A DNA stretch of 64,000 nucleotides from an uncultured Clostridia bacterium (GTDB taxonomy: Bacteria; Bacillota; Clostridia; TANB77; CAG-508), in NCBI GenBank assembly GCA_963559065.1, contig CAUWIY010000005.1, forward strand, positions 17,679-81,678, given 5' to 3'. A program made the translations under genes and the position numbers. This document shows, one piece after another, positions 20,495 through 30,664 of this stretch. Position 1 is the stretch's first letter. Every line of letters starts with the position of its first letter. The notes beneath the pieces were generated by a model. That model was given only the letters and a program-made list of their open reading frames with translations, made no database searches and was not told where the DNA came from.

Positions 20495-21001
20495 AAGTAC
20501 TTCCTTTCTTATTATTTACCCCTTTTATCTTGTTATATTGTTACATATAAATGTCTGTTAGTTTCTAATTATATAAGTTACTAACATAGTAAATAATAAA
20601 ACAAACTACTACCTACTATAGTCTATTCTATATTTTTTTTATTGTTCTTGTTTGATAAAATACCATGTCGCTATTTTATCACATTTTTATAACTTTGGCA
20701 AATTTTTGAACAAAAAATACATCATATATTATTAAAATTTAATCAAAATAAATTTTTAAAACTTGTCATATAATAAAAATTTTCTCCATATACATTAATT
20801 AAAGTAATGTGGTACAAACATTTTAAAGGTTACAAATATTAAAGTTTTAAATATTGTATATAGTGTTGTTCTTAAAATTCACTAGTAACTTTTAAATCAA
20901 TTGAATTTTCGTACCGGCAAATCTTTTCTCTTTCAATCACATATCAAAGTAAAAGAACATGGTGCGAAATAAGATTTGTCTAATTTAAAGGAGGTATATA
21001 G

Positions 21002-22480
21002 ATGGAAAGCAAGAGCTTATATCAAGATATTGCTAAAAGAACAGATGGTGATATTTATGTAGGAGTCGTTGGCCCTGTTAGAACAGGAAAATCTACTTTT
21101 ATCAAAAACTTTATGGATTTATTAGTAATTCCTAATATTGATAATGAGTATAAAAAAGAACGCGCCAAAGATGAATTACCACAAAGTGCTGGTGGTAGAA
21201 CAATTATGACTACAGAACCTAAATTTGTTCCTAATGAAGCTATTGAAATTACATTAGATAATAATTTAAAGTTTAAAACAAGATTAGTTGATTGTGTAGG
21301 ATATTTAGTTGATAATGCAATAGGATATTTAGAAGATGATATGCCAAGAATGGTAAAAACGCCATGGTCTGATGAAGAAATTCCTTTTGAAAAGGCAGCT
21401 GAGATTGGTACAAAAAAAGTTATTGAAGAACATTCTACAATTGGTATTCTTATTACAACAGATGGAACTGTTACAGATATTCCAAGACAGGATTATATAA
21501 AAGCAGAAGAGCGTGTTGTTTCTGAATTAAAAGCTTTAGATAAGCCATTTATTATATTATTAAATTCTGAAGAACCAAATTCTAGTTATACTAAAGATTT
21601 GGCTGAAAAATTATCTGACAAATATCAAACAAGTGTAATGCCTATAAACTGTGCTTCACTGTCTATTGATGATATAAATAACATGTTTGCAAAACTACTT
21701 TACGAATTCCCAACACAACAAATTACTATAAAATTTCCACGTTGGATAGATGGCTTAGATTTTAATCATCCTATTAAAGCTGAATTATTTAATGAAATTA
21801 AAGATGCTTTTAATGATATTCACGTTTTAAAAGATGTTGCACATTGTACAGCTAAAATTAGTCAAACAGAAATAATTTCCAGAACTTCTGTTGTAAATAT
21901 GGAATTGGGTTCAGGGAATGTAAAAGTTCAAATTGATGTAAAAGAAGAATTATTTTATAAAATTCTTTCCGAAATTACAGGTGTTTCTGTTGAAAATGAG
22001 GGGGATTTATTTAGTATAATCTCTGAATTATCATTGGCGAAAAAGAAATATGACAAAATAGCATATGCCTTAGAAGAAGTAAATGCAAAAGGTTATGGTA
22101 TTGTAACTCCTTCTATAGATGAGCTAGTACTAGAAGAACCAGAAATGGTAAAACAAGGTTCTAGATTTGGAGTAAAACTAAAAGCTACAGCCCCATCAAT
22201 ACACCTTATAAAAACGAATGTAACAACTGAGGTTTCTCCAATTGTAGGTTCAGAAAAACAATCTGAAGAACTTGTTAATTATTTACTTTCTGGATTTGAA
22301 AATGATCCTAAACAAATTTGGGAGTCTAATATTTTTGGAAAAAGTCTACATGAGCTTGTTAATGAAGGTCTACAAACAAAACTTTCAAAAATGCCAGAAG
22401 AAGCTCAACTAAAACTTCAAGAAACTTTAGAAAGAATTGTTAATGAGGGCTCTGGCGGATTAATTTGTATTATATTATAA
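21002..22480 (+). CDS. spoIVA: Stage IV sporulation protein A
   Basis: 492-aa ORF with the N-terminal Walker A YVGVVGPVRTGKSTFIK and a SpoIVA-typical C-terminal end, EGSGGLICIIL. Confidence 0.92.
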   Translation: MESKSLYQDIAKRTDGDIYVGVVGPVRTGKSTFIKNFMDLLVIPNIDNEYKKERAKDELPQSAGGRTIMTTEPKFVPNEAIEITLDNNLKFKTRLVDCVGYLVDNAIGYLEDDMPRMVKTPWSDEEIPFEKAAEIGTKKVIEEHSTIGILITTDGTVTDIPRQDYIKAEERVVSELKALDKPFIILLNSEEPNSSYTKDLAEKLSDKYQTSVMPINCASLSIDDINNMFAKLLYEFPTQQITIKFPRWIDGLDFNHPIKAELFNEIKDAFNDIHVLKDVAHCTAKISQTEIISRTSVVNMELGSGNVKVQIDVKEELFYKILSEITGVSVENEGDLFSIISELSLAKKKYDKIAYALEEVNAKGYGIVTPSIDELVLEEPEMVKQGSRFGVKLKATAPSIHLIKTNVTTEVSPIVGSEKQSEELVNYLLSGFENDPKQIWESNIFGKSLHELVNEGLQTKLSKMPEEAQLKLQETLERIVNEGSGGLICIIL

Positions 22481-22482
22481 TT

Positions 22483-22512
22483 GAGGGAGGAATTTCCTCC
22501 CTATTTAAATTT
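22483..22512 (+). terminator. Hairpin terminator after spoIVA
   Basis: AGGGAGGAA-TT-TCCTCCCT stem immediately after the stop codon. The T tract is weak. Confidence 0.5.
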
Positions 22513-22590
22513 ATTTCTATAAATATTTTAGTAAATTAAATTTTGTAGACAAGTTTTGAATTTTTTTAGCAATATTATTTTGTAATATTG

Positions 22591-23484
22591 CTAAAATTTT
22601 AAATCATTAAGATTCATATTTGGAACACCAATATATACATCTCTATTTCCATCAAGCGAGTGCATTTTTATTATTGTATAATTATCATAATGATATTCCT
22701 TGCTTCCTCCTTCTTTGTACATATCTGCTTTTATCTTTCCATCTTTTTCATCTTTATTCGCTTTTTGTATAATTCCTTCTATTGTAATTTTTCCACTTTT
22801 TAAAGCTTTTTCTAAAGACATTGTCTCATTATTTACAGTTACACTAACCTCTTCTAATCCATAAAAATACAAATTATAGTCTTGCTTATCTGCACTTAAA
22901 TCTTTATTGTTTAATATTTTCTTTGTTTCAGTTTTGTCAGATGCTTTAACCTCTATTTTAAAATCTTCGTAACCTTCTGTTGATATTTTATCTGTATTAA
23001 TCTGTGCTGAATCTGATTCCATAATATATCCTGTATAATAAATAACAACTTTTCTTCCAATTCCGTATAGATAATCTATGTGGTCTGTACCATAATTAAT
23101 TTTTATCTTGTCTGCTGACTTTCTTTCTATTTCATCTTCGTTTGGCTCTACTATCATGTATGTTGTTGTTTCTTCTAATATTGTTCCTACAAAACTACTA
23201 TATTGTGAATTTTCTGTATTATCTAAACTTTCTTCATTGTCTTTATTTGTATTTTCTTTATCTTCTATGGAATTATATATTTCTTTACCAAATACTTTAA
23301 TTACAATACCATCAATATATCCGTCATTTACGCTTTCATCTAATTTATGATATTTAGTAATGCTATATAATAATGTCTTATATTCAACTGTTCCTCCATC
23401 TTTTAATTTGTTTATTTGCATTGGAACAAACAATATTATTAGTAATAAAATTACTATTATAATTATAATATTTTTCTTTTTCAT
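22591..23484 (-). CDS. Hypothetical secreted or membrane-anchored protein
   Basis: 297-aa ORF with an N-terminal signal/anchor (KKKNIIIIIVILLLIILFV). I recognise no domain. Confidence 0.5.
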   Translation of the reverse strand: MKKKNIIIIIVILLLIILFVPMQINKLKDGGTVEYKTLLYSITKYHKLDESVNDGYIDGIVIKVFGKEIYNSIEDKENTNKDNEESLDNTENSQYSSFVGTILEETTTYMIVEPNEDEIERKSADKIKINYGTDHIDYLYGIGRKVVIYYTGYIMESDSAQINTDKISTEGYEDFKIEVKASDKTETKKILNNKDLSADKQDYNLYFYGLEEVSVTVNNETMSLEKALKSGKITIEGIIQKANKDEKDGKIKADMYKEGGSKEYHYDNYTIIKMHSLDGNRDVYIGVPNMNLNDLKF

Positions 23485-23633
23485 AACCTCACCTTTTACC
23501 TTTCTTTAGATGATTTTTTTCTTTGCATTGATAATGTTTTCTTTATTTTTTATAGAAATAATTATTGCCTTCTAAATATCTCTATTCTTTTAAAATTCTC
23601 TTATATTTTACTTTACTTATGTAAGTTATCTTT

Positions 23634-24491
23634 CTAATTAGTTTTTAAAGTAATAACAACTAATTCTGGTCGATTATTTATTCTAAAAGGTATTATGCTA
23701 TTTCCAATTCCCCTACTTATTATCATATTAGTAGTATTCTCTGTAAATAATCCACTCGTATATTTAGGAAATAATCCTTGATTAGGTGCAACAATTCCCC
23801 CAATGGATGGGATTCTAATTTGCCCACCATGAGCATGACCTGTTAATACTAAATCAATATCATTTTCTACATAAGTTCTAAATAATTCTGGTCTATGTGA
23901 TAAAAGTATTGAAAATAAATCTTTATTATAATTACTTATTTCTAGCGCTTTATTTATAATAGTTGAATTTTTAACTGATTTTTCATGAGCCATTTTTGGA
24001 TCATTTATTCCTATTATATTTATTTTACTCTTTTCTTTTTCTATAATTTTTGTTTCATTTTCTAAAATTATAACTCCTTGTTCTTCTAATAAATTTTTCC
24101 ATTTCTCATAATTAGAAATTTTTGCTTCATGATTCCCTGATACATAATATATTGGAGCAATTCCTTTAATTTTTTTTACAAAATTTATAGATTGCTCCAT
24201 GTGCATTCTATTTGGATCAATAAAATCTCCTGTTATAACAATAATATCAGGTTTTTCATTTTTTAATTTTTCTATTAAAAATTTATTTAATCTGTTTGAT
24301 CTTTCATTGTGATAATCTGATATTTGAATTATCTTGTAATCATTAAATTCATTTGGAATTTTACTACTTGATATACTATAATTAGTTATTTGTAATGTTG
24401 TATTTTCATAATAAAAATAAATTAGTAACAAACAACTCATTATAATACTACTACATATAATTATTTCTTTCTTTTTCATAAATACCATCAA
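23634..24491 (-). CDS. Membrane-anchored metallophosphoesterase (YkuE-like)
   Basis: Calcineurin-like motifs are present: SDYH, GDFID, GNHE and GHAHGGQ. There is an N-terminal TM segment. Confidence 0.8.
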   Translation of the reverse strand: MMVFMKKKEIIICSSIIMSCLLLIYFYYENTTLQITNYSISSSKIPNEFNDYKIIQISDYHNERSNRLNKFLIEKLKNEKPDIIVITGDFIDPNRMHMEQSINFVKKIKGIAPIYYVSGNHEAKISNYEKWKNLLEEQGVIILENETKIIEKEKSKINIIGINDPKMAHEKSVKNSTIINKALEISNYNKDLFSILLSHRPELFRTYVENDIDLVLTGHAHGGQIRIPSIGGIVAPNQGLFPKYTSGLFTENTTNMIISRGIGNSIIPFRINNRPELVVITLKTN

Positions 24492-24512
24492 TTTTCCTTT
24501 TATCAGAACTAT

Positions 24513-24537
24513 AACTTACTATAAATCTATCAATTAC
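24513..24537 (+). repeat. Direct repeat, left copy, flanking the RhuM islet
   Basis: AACTTACTATAAATCTATCAATTAC recurs at 26180-26206 with one extra A. Confidence 0.85.
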
Positions 24538-24555
24538 AAAATTGTAAGTTGTCGC

Positions 24556-25569
24556 TTAGATGTTATTTAAATTTTTTGTTTCTGTTACTAGCTCATCAAA
24601 GTCTGAAATATAATTTTTATCTTGTATAACTCTATACTTTTTATATTCATCTAAAGCCAACTTGTCTGCTATTTCTCTTTTTATTTTTCCATTATCTTTT
24701 AAAATGTTATATTCGTTGATTTTTAAGAATACTTCTAACTTTTCTTTCCATTCTTGCATTGAAATAATCTTTCCTAGTTTTACTTGTCTTTCTGCATAGT
24801 CAAGATACATAGATACTAAATTATTTAGCTCTGTAATTTCTTCTTGGGAAAGATAATTTTTAGCTATTGTTACATCTGTTTCAAGTATTTTTCCGTCTGG
24901 TGCATTTTTCCAAGTAGTTAATCCCATATTTTCTTTTTTGCTATCTACTCTGTTATAAATTATTTCAGGTGCCGTCATACCAGTAATAGCAAAGTGTAAC
25001 TTATTTTGAACATTTTTATAAAACTCTTGTGTTGTTTCACTATTTTTATCATAATCAAAACTACATTCTTTGTATATATCAGTTATTTTTTGATAAAATC
25101 TTCTTTCACTTGCTCTAATTTCTTTTATCTTAACTAATAATTCATCAAAGTAATCTTTTCCAAATTTTGGTCCGTTTTTTAACATTTCACTATTAACAAC
25201 AAATCCTTTTTTTATATATTCTTTTAAAGTATTTGTTGCCCAAATTCTAAAATCCGTTGCTTCTTTTGAGTTTATTCTATAACCAACTGCTATAATTGCA
25301 TCTAAACTGTAAAAATTTGTATTATATTTTTTCCCATCTGAAGCAGTTACTCTAATTTTTTGAGTAACTGAATCTTGCTCTAATTCTCCTGTTTTAAATA
25401 TATTTTGTAAATGATATGTTATATTATTTTCTGCCACATTAAATAATTTTGACATTGACTTTTGCGTTAGCCAAAAATCTTCTTCATTGTACAAAACTTC
25501 AACAGATATATTGTCGTTATTTTGACTTTGGTATATGATTAAATCTTTTAAATTTTCTATATTATTCAA
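24556..25569 (-). CDS. RhuM-family virulence-associated protein
   Basis: 337-aa ORF. The N-terminal and central segments (...ISVEVLYNEEDFWLTQKSMSKLF...NITYHLQNIFKTGEL...AVGYRINSKEAT.FRIWAT) are typical of RhuM. Confidence 0.7.
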   Translation of the reverse strand: MNNIENLKDLIIYQSQNNDNISVEVLYNEEDFWLTQKSMSKLFNVAENNITYHLQNIFKTGELEQDSVTQKIRVTASDGKKYNTNFYSLDAIIAVGYRINSKEATDFRIWATNTLKEYIKKGFVVNSEMLKNGPKFGKDYFDELLVKIKEIRASERRFYQKITDIYKECSFDYDKNSETTQEFYKNVQNKLHFAITGMTAPEIIYNRVDSKKENMGLTTWKNAPDGKILETDVTIAKNYLSQEEITELNNLVSMYLDYAERQVKLGKIISMQEWKEKLEVFLKINEYNILKDNGKIKREIADKLALDEYKKYRVIQDKNYISDFDELVTETKNLNNI

Positions 25570-25845
25570 TATTAATCACCTCATATTTTTCATTTTAGAA
25601 CTACTGTTTGTATTTTATGATAAAATAATTGTAATGTCAACATTTCTTAGTTAAATTTATGTAACATATTTTCTATGTGAGTTTTTTACATTATTTTGAT
25701 TTACTATTGCATATTCCATTGTTGTGTCTATCTTTATTATATCGTGGTTTATTTTAGTTTGCATTTTACATAATTTTGTAGTATAATTTAATTAGATTTT
25801 TGTAGTTTTAACCACATTAAAAATAATTTTTTAGGAGGTTGTTTT

Positions 25846-26211
25846 ATGGACACTATGACTTTTGAAAACTATCAAAAACGGATGCAAAATGCTATAAATA
25901 CACCAAATTCTCAAAGTAAAGATCCGTTTACAAAACTTTCTAAGATTTTAGATAATCTTAATAAATATGTAAGCACAGTATCTTTTACATCTGTTCGATT
26001 TAGATAGGAAATCGAAAAACAATTTAATACTGCCGATTCTTCAGATGAAACTGCTACTCATTTCAAAAATACTTTATTAAGATGTTCCAATAAAGCAGAT
26101 GCTCTCAGAGCTATAACTGATTTGTATAATATGGTTAAACATATATCTTTGCAAGTTAGTTCTTGGTCATTTCAGCGACAACTTACTATAAATCTATCAA
26201 ATTACCTATAA
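25846..26211 (+). pseudogene. Broken small ORF (121 codons with one in-frame TAG)
   Basis: A strong RBS (AGGAGG, 7 nt) precedes the ATG at 25846. The frame stays open to the TAA at 26209 except for a TAG at 26005-26007. It holds the only in-frame CGG (25879-25881) that is not at a frameshift junction. Confidence 0.5.
26180..26206 (+). repeat. Direct repeat, right copy, flanking the RhuM islet
   Basis: AACTTACTATAAATCTATCAAATTAC. The preceding GCGACAACTTAC is the reverse complement of 24544-24555. Confidence 0.85.
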
Positions 26212-26370
26212 TTTATCTGATTGAATTTTTGTATTCTGACTATTTATAATTATTTTAGTAATCATTATTTTGCAAATAAGAGTAATGTTCTTTTACTTGA
26301 TTATTTATTTTATTTTCATCTACAAGGTCATTGTTTAACTTATTTCTTATATCTAATATGTTTAACTCCA

Positions 26371-26760
26371 CTAATCATTTTTTACACATCTATTATGATT
26401 TTGACAATGGTGTTCTCCATCTATATGATGATGTTCACAATTTACATTTTCATTGTATTTTAACTGCCCAAATAAATATTCTTTTATCACATCGTCTGCA
26501 TTACCAGAAACTCCACCAAATAATTGTATATTTGCTTTAGAAAGAGCATTTTTTGCACCTTCTCCTATACCTCCACAAATTAATATATCTATATTATTAT
26601 TCTTTAAAAATTCAACTAATTTTTCATGTCCGCTTGCTGATGTATCTACTATATTCTCTGATACAATATTTCCATTATTTATTTCATAAATTTTTATCTT
26701 TTCTGTGTGACCAAAGTGTTGAAATACCTTTCCATTTTCATAAGTCATTGCTATTTTCAT
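26371..26760 (-). CDS. NifB/NifX-family (dinitrogenase FeMo-cofactor binding domain) protein with a His/Cys-rich tail
   Basis: The core reads MKIAMTYENGKVFQHFGHT...ILICGGIGEGA. The C-terminal tail is CEHHHIDGEHHCQNHNRC. Confidence 0.7.
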   Translation of the reverse strand: MKIAMTYENGKVFQHFGHTEKIKIYEINNGNIVSENIVDTSASGHEKLVEFLKNNNIDILICGGIGEGAKNALSKANIQLFGGVSGNADDVIKEYLFGQLKYNENVNCEHHHIDGEHHCQNHNRCVKND

Positions 26761-26908
26761 AATATTTTCCTCCTTAATTATTTATAGTTTTATACTCCTT
26801 TGATGTTTTTCTAATTAACTTATTTAATTATTGTTGTATAAAGTAGAAACTTTTTTATAAATATGTATTTCTAATTAAAACATATTTAATATCTTTTTAT
26901 GGCTTACG

Positions 26909-27931
26909 CTATTTTAAATTTTTTCTTCTTAATTGCCCACAAGCTGCATCTATATCAGAACCTAATTCTCTTCTGATTGTTGCTACAATACCGCGTTCAT
27001 TTAAATAATCTCTAAATTTCATAATATTTTCATTTGATGATTTAGAATATTCCCCATTTTCAATTTTATTAATTGGAATTAAATTCACATGACACAACAT
27101 TCCGTGTAACAATTTTGCTAATGCTTTGGCATCTTCTAAATTGTCATTATTATCTTTAGCTAATGCGTATTCAAAAGATATTCTTCTATTTGTTTGTTTT
27201 ATATAGTCTTTACATGCTTGGATTAGTTCTTCTACTGGGTATCTATTATTTACTGGCATCATACTACTTCTTTTTTCATTATTTGTTGCATGTAAAGAAA
27301 TAGATAGTGTACATTGGATATTTTCTTCTGCTAATTTATAAATTTTTGGTACTAATCCACTTGTAGATACACTAATATGTCTTGCACCTATATTTAGTCC
27401 CTTAGGATTATTTATTATTCGAATTGCATTTACTACATTATCATAATTGTCCAATGGTTCACCAATTCCCATAAATACAACATTAGAAATTCTGACTCCC
27501 GCATCTTGTTCAACTGCTAATATTTGTTCAACTATTTCTCCACTACTCAAACTTCTAATAAAGTTAATTCCTGTAGAGGCACAAAACTTACATCCCATTT
27601 TACATCCAATTTGTGATGATACACAAATACTATATCCATGATGATAACTCATTAAAACTGTTTCAATTGCATTTCCATCCAATACATCAAATAAATATTT
27701 AATCGTTCCATCTTTAGATTCCTGCTTTTTTAATATTTTATAATTACACATTGTATAATTTTCTTTAAGCTTTTTTCTTAAATCTAAAGATAAGTTTGTC
27801 ATATCATCAAAGTCTTTTACCTTTTCGTTGTAAATCCATTTAAATATTTGCTCAGCTCTAAAAGGCTTTTCTTCCATGCTTATAAGTTCTTTTTTTAAAT
27901 CATCTAAATTATAATCTTTAATATTTTTCAT
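26909..27931 (-). CDS. rlmN: 23S rRNA/tRNA adenine-C2 methyltransferase RlmN (radical SAM)
   Basis: 340-aa ORF with FRAEQIFKWIY, the radical SAM motif CVSSQIGCKMGCKFCAS and a C-terminal DIDAACGQL. Confidence 0.85.
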   Translation of the reverse strand: MKNIKDYNLDDLKKELISMEEKPFRAEQIFKWIYNEKVKDFDDMTNLSLDLRKKLKENYTMCNYKILKKQESKDGTIKYLFDVLDGNAIETVLMSYHHGYSICVSSQIGCKMGCKFCASTGINFIRSLSSGEIVEQILAVEQDAGVRISNVVFMGIGEPLDNYDNVVNAIRIINNPKGLNIGARHISVSTSGLVPKIYKLAEENIQCTLSISLHATNNEKRSSMMPVNNRYPVEELIQACKDYIKQTNRRISFEYALAKDNNDNLEDAKALAKLLHGMLCHVNLIPINKIENGEYSKSSNENIMKFRDYLNERGIVATIRRELGSDIDAACGQLRRKNLK

Positions 27932-28138
27932 TTTCTTACCTCCTTCAGTTTTTTTAATAGTACAACTTTACACTCATTTTGCACTTTTGATTTAAACTTG
28001 TTGGATACAACATTGCTATCATTTTTTCTTATTCCCATCTTACTTTTAACTTATTTTTTACCTATTCTTGACTTATTTTCGACTTTTTTCGTCAAAACTA
28101 TGAAACAAATTAAGACTGTCCCCATTGGCTCCGTTGGA

Positions 28139-29278
28139 TTATACGAATTCTTCCCAGACTTGATTTGCAAAGTCTAAGCCTTTTGCTGTTAGTTTTATTG
28201 TGTCTAAATCAACTTCTAATAGTTCTTCATTTACAAGTTTTTGTAATTCCATTCTAAATAGGTATATTGGGTTTTCTCCAAATTTTTCTTCAAATTTAGA
28301 GATTGATATTCCGTCTAATTTTCTTAATCCTAACATCATATATTCTTTTTCCATATCTAGTTTATTTTGTTTTTCTTCTATTGTTTTTATTTTTTTACTA
28401 TTTTCATTTAAATATTTTTCTAAGTTAGGAATGTTTGAATATCTTACTCCTTCTATATATGAATGTGCTACGACTCCAAATCCAAGATATTGTTTTTGTT
28501 CCCAACAATTTATATTGTGTTTTGATTCAAGCCCAGGTTTTGCAAAGTTTGATATTTCATAATGTTTATATCCTTTTAGTTCTAAGTAACTTTTCGCATA
28601 ATGATATTGATTTCTTTCTTCCTCTTCTTCTGGCAATTTTAATTTTCCTGTTTGTAGCAATTCTTCCATTTTAGTTTCTTCTTCTACAATTAATGAATAT
28701 ATTGATATATGCTCTGGTTTATTTAAATTTGTAAGTATTTCTAAACTTTCTTTTAGGTCTTTTAGTGTTTGGTTTGGTAATCCTAGCATTAAATCTACAT
28801 TAATATTTTCAAATCCCGCTTCTCTTGCCCAATTAAACGCTTCTTTAAATTGATTAAAATTATGGATTCTTCCAATTTGCTTCAAAAGCATATCATTTGT
28901 ACTTTGAAGTCCAAAACTAATACGATTGAATCCACAATTTTTGTACATATGTAGATTATTTTTTGTTATAGTTCCAGGATTAACTTCTATTGTTGTTTCT
29001 ATATTTTTCTTGTCTTTATCATTTATTTTAGATATTTCATATATTGTGTTCAAAACTTGTTCCAATAGTTTTGGTTCTAATATAGAAGGAGTTCCTCCAC
29101 CAAAATAAATTGTTGTGATTTTTGCTCTTTGTAAAATATCTTCATTATCCTTTATTTCTTCTTTTAACTTCTCTATGTATTTTTCTTTTAAGTCTTCTTT
29201 ATTTGCATATGAAATAAAATCACAATAATAACACTTACTTTTACAAAAAGGAAAATGCACATAAATTCCTAATTCCAT
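28139..29278 (-). CDS. hemW: Radical SAM heme chaperone HemW (HemN-like)
   Basis: 379-aa ORF with YVHFPFCKSKCYYCDF, GGGTPS and a HemN C-terminal domain. Confidence 0.8.
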   Translation of the reverse strand: MELGIYVHFPFCKSKCYYCDFISYANKEDLKEKYIEKLKEEIKDNEDILQRAKITTIYFGGGTPSILEPKLLEQVLNTIYEISKINDKDKKNIETTIEVNPGTITKNNLHMYKNCGFNRISFGLQSTNDMLLKQIGRIHNFNQFKEAFNWAREAGFENINVDLMLGLPNQTLKDLKESLEILTNLNKPEHISIYSLIVEEETKMEELLQTGKLKLPEEEEERNQYHYAKSYLELKGYKHYEISNFAKPGLESKHNINCWEQKQYLGFGVVAHSYIEGVRYSNIPNLEKYLNENSKKIKTIEEKQNKLDMEKEYMMLGLRKLDGISISKFEEKFGENPIYLFRMELQKLVNEELLEVDLDTIKLTAKGLDFANQVWEEFV

Positions 29279-29381
29279 TTTAATTGCGTTCCTTTCTGGT
29301 ACTTAATTTTGTTTAAAAATAAATTTAATTTATTATTTTTATATTTTAAAAATTTTTACTATTTCATATTTTTACTTTATA

Positions 29382-29490
29382 TTCTTAATTCTTTATTATT
29401 AATTTTATATTATAGTTTATTTTCTTAATTCTCTATTAGTAATTTTATATTATAGTCTATTTTTTTAATTTTATATTTTCAATTTTATCT
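29382..29490. repeat. AT-rich 40-bp tandem repeat (2 full copies plus a partial third)
   Basis: Positions 29382-29421 and 29422-29461 differ at 4 positions (TTCTTAATTCTYTATTAKTAATTTTATATTATAGTYTATT). A partial third copy follows. Confidence 0.85.
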
Positions 29491-29507
29491 TCTCAACTTT
29501 TTTGTTT

Positions 29508-30473
29508 TTAATCTTTCGCAAATTCAATAATCTTTTTCAATCTATAATTTACTCCAGATTTTCCAAGAGGAGTATCTAGCTTTTTGCCTAGTTCTTCTAA
29601 TGAAACATCTGGATTTTCTAATCTTAGTAAAGCAATTTCCTTTAAATTATCATCTAATTTATTAAACCTATTTTCTCTTTGTAATTTTTTAATTGCTTCT
29701 ATTTGTTCCACAGAAGCATTTATTGTTTTATTTAAATTCGCAGTTTGACAGTTTACAATTCTATTTACTTTACTTCTCATACCTTTTTTTACTCTTACAT
29801 CTTCAAACTGTAAAACCGCCCTATTTGCTCCTAAAAGTGCTAAGAAATTGGCTATTTCTTCTCCTTCTTTTAAATAAATAGAATACTTATTTTCCTGTTC
29901 TAATTTTTTAGTATTAATATTAAACTCTTTTAATATATTTTCTATATAATATAAGTTCTCTACATTTGATAAATTAATTTCTAAGTGATATTTATTTTCT
30001 GGATTATTAATTGAACCAGCTCCTAAAAAAGCACCTCTTATTAATGCTTTTTTTTCAAAATCATTTAATTCTTTGCATTGTACATTTACTACAATATCTT
30101 CATTTTCAAACTCTATTAAATTATCAAAATTTTTATTTTTTATATTTTTTTGTTCCTCTTTATAATCTTTATTATTGTTATCTCCATTTAAAAAATCTTG
30201 CTTTTCTTTACTTATAATCTCCTTTTTTCTAAATGTAATTACAAAGATTTTTCCTTCTATTCCTATATTATGGTTTACATCTAAATTTTTTAGTAATTTA
30301 GAAAATCTATTAATATTATACTCACTTTCTGTTGTATATCGTATCATTTTAGAATTAATCACATTAGTATTTTTAGAAATAAAATATCCTAACAGTTCAT
30401 ATTTAATTTCATTCTTTTTTGTCAAATTATTAATTTTGCTTAGTTCTTCTTTTATATCAGCTGAAAAAGACAT
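29508..30473 (-). CDS. whiA: DNA-binding sporulation/cell-division regulator WhiA
   Basis: 321-aa ORF with the N-terminus MSFSADIKEEL, LAGLIDADG-like middle domains and a C-terminal HTH (LGKKLDTPLGKSGVNYRLKKI). Confidence 0.85.
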   Translation of the reverse strand: MSFSADIKEELSKINNLTKKNEIKYELLGYFISKNTNVINSKMIRYTTESEYNINRFSKLLKNLDVNHNIGIEGKIFVITFRKKEIISKEKQDFLNGDNNNKDYKEEQKNIKNKNFDNLIEFENEDIVVNVQCKELNDFEKKALIRGAFLGAGSINNPENKYHLEINLSNVENLYYIENILKEFNINTKKLEQENKYSIYLKEGEEIANFLALLGANRAVLQFEDVRVKKGMRSKVNRIVNCQTANLNKTINASVEQIEAIKKLQRENRFNKLDDNLKEIALLRLENPDVSLEELGKKLDTPLGKSGVNYRLKKIIEFAKD

Positions 30474-30664
30474 TTTAACCCCTTTCTTTTTCTTTTAGAA
30501 TAAAAATAAAAATTAATTTTTATACTTTTTTGAATATTTCAAAATCTCCATTTTTCTTCATTACAAGTTTTAGAAAATTAAATTTATATAAAATTTTTAG
30601 TTCACAATGTTAAGTCCAATTTTTATATAGATTTTTTACTAAACATTTTTTATTATTTATCTTA

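Noticed and set aside
26909-27931. The radical SAM methyltransferase as a Cfr-type antibiotic-resistance gene.
   Set aside because: The N-terminal FRAEQIFKWIY segment, overall collinearity and housekeeping context fit RlmN rather than Cfr.
29290-29500. AT-rich tandem repeats here, at 44100-44250 and at 56357-56545 as a possible CRISPR array.
   Set aside because: The repeats are contiguous or degenerate without unique spacers, are far too AT-rich and short-period, and no cas genes are present.
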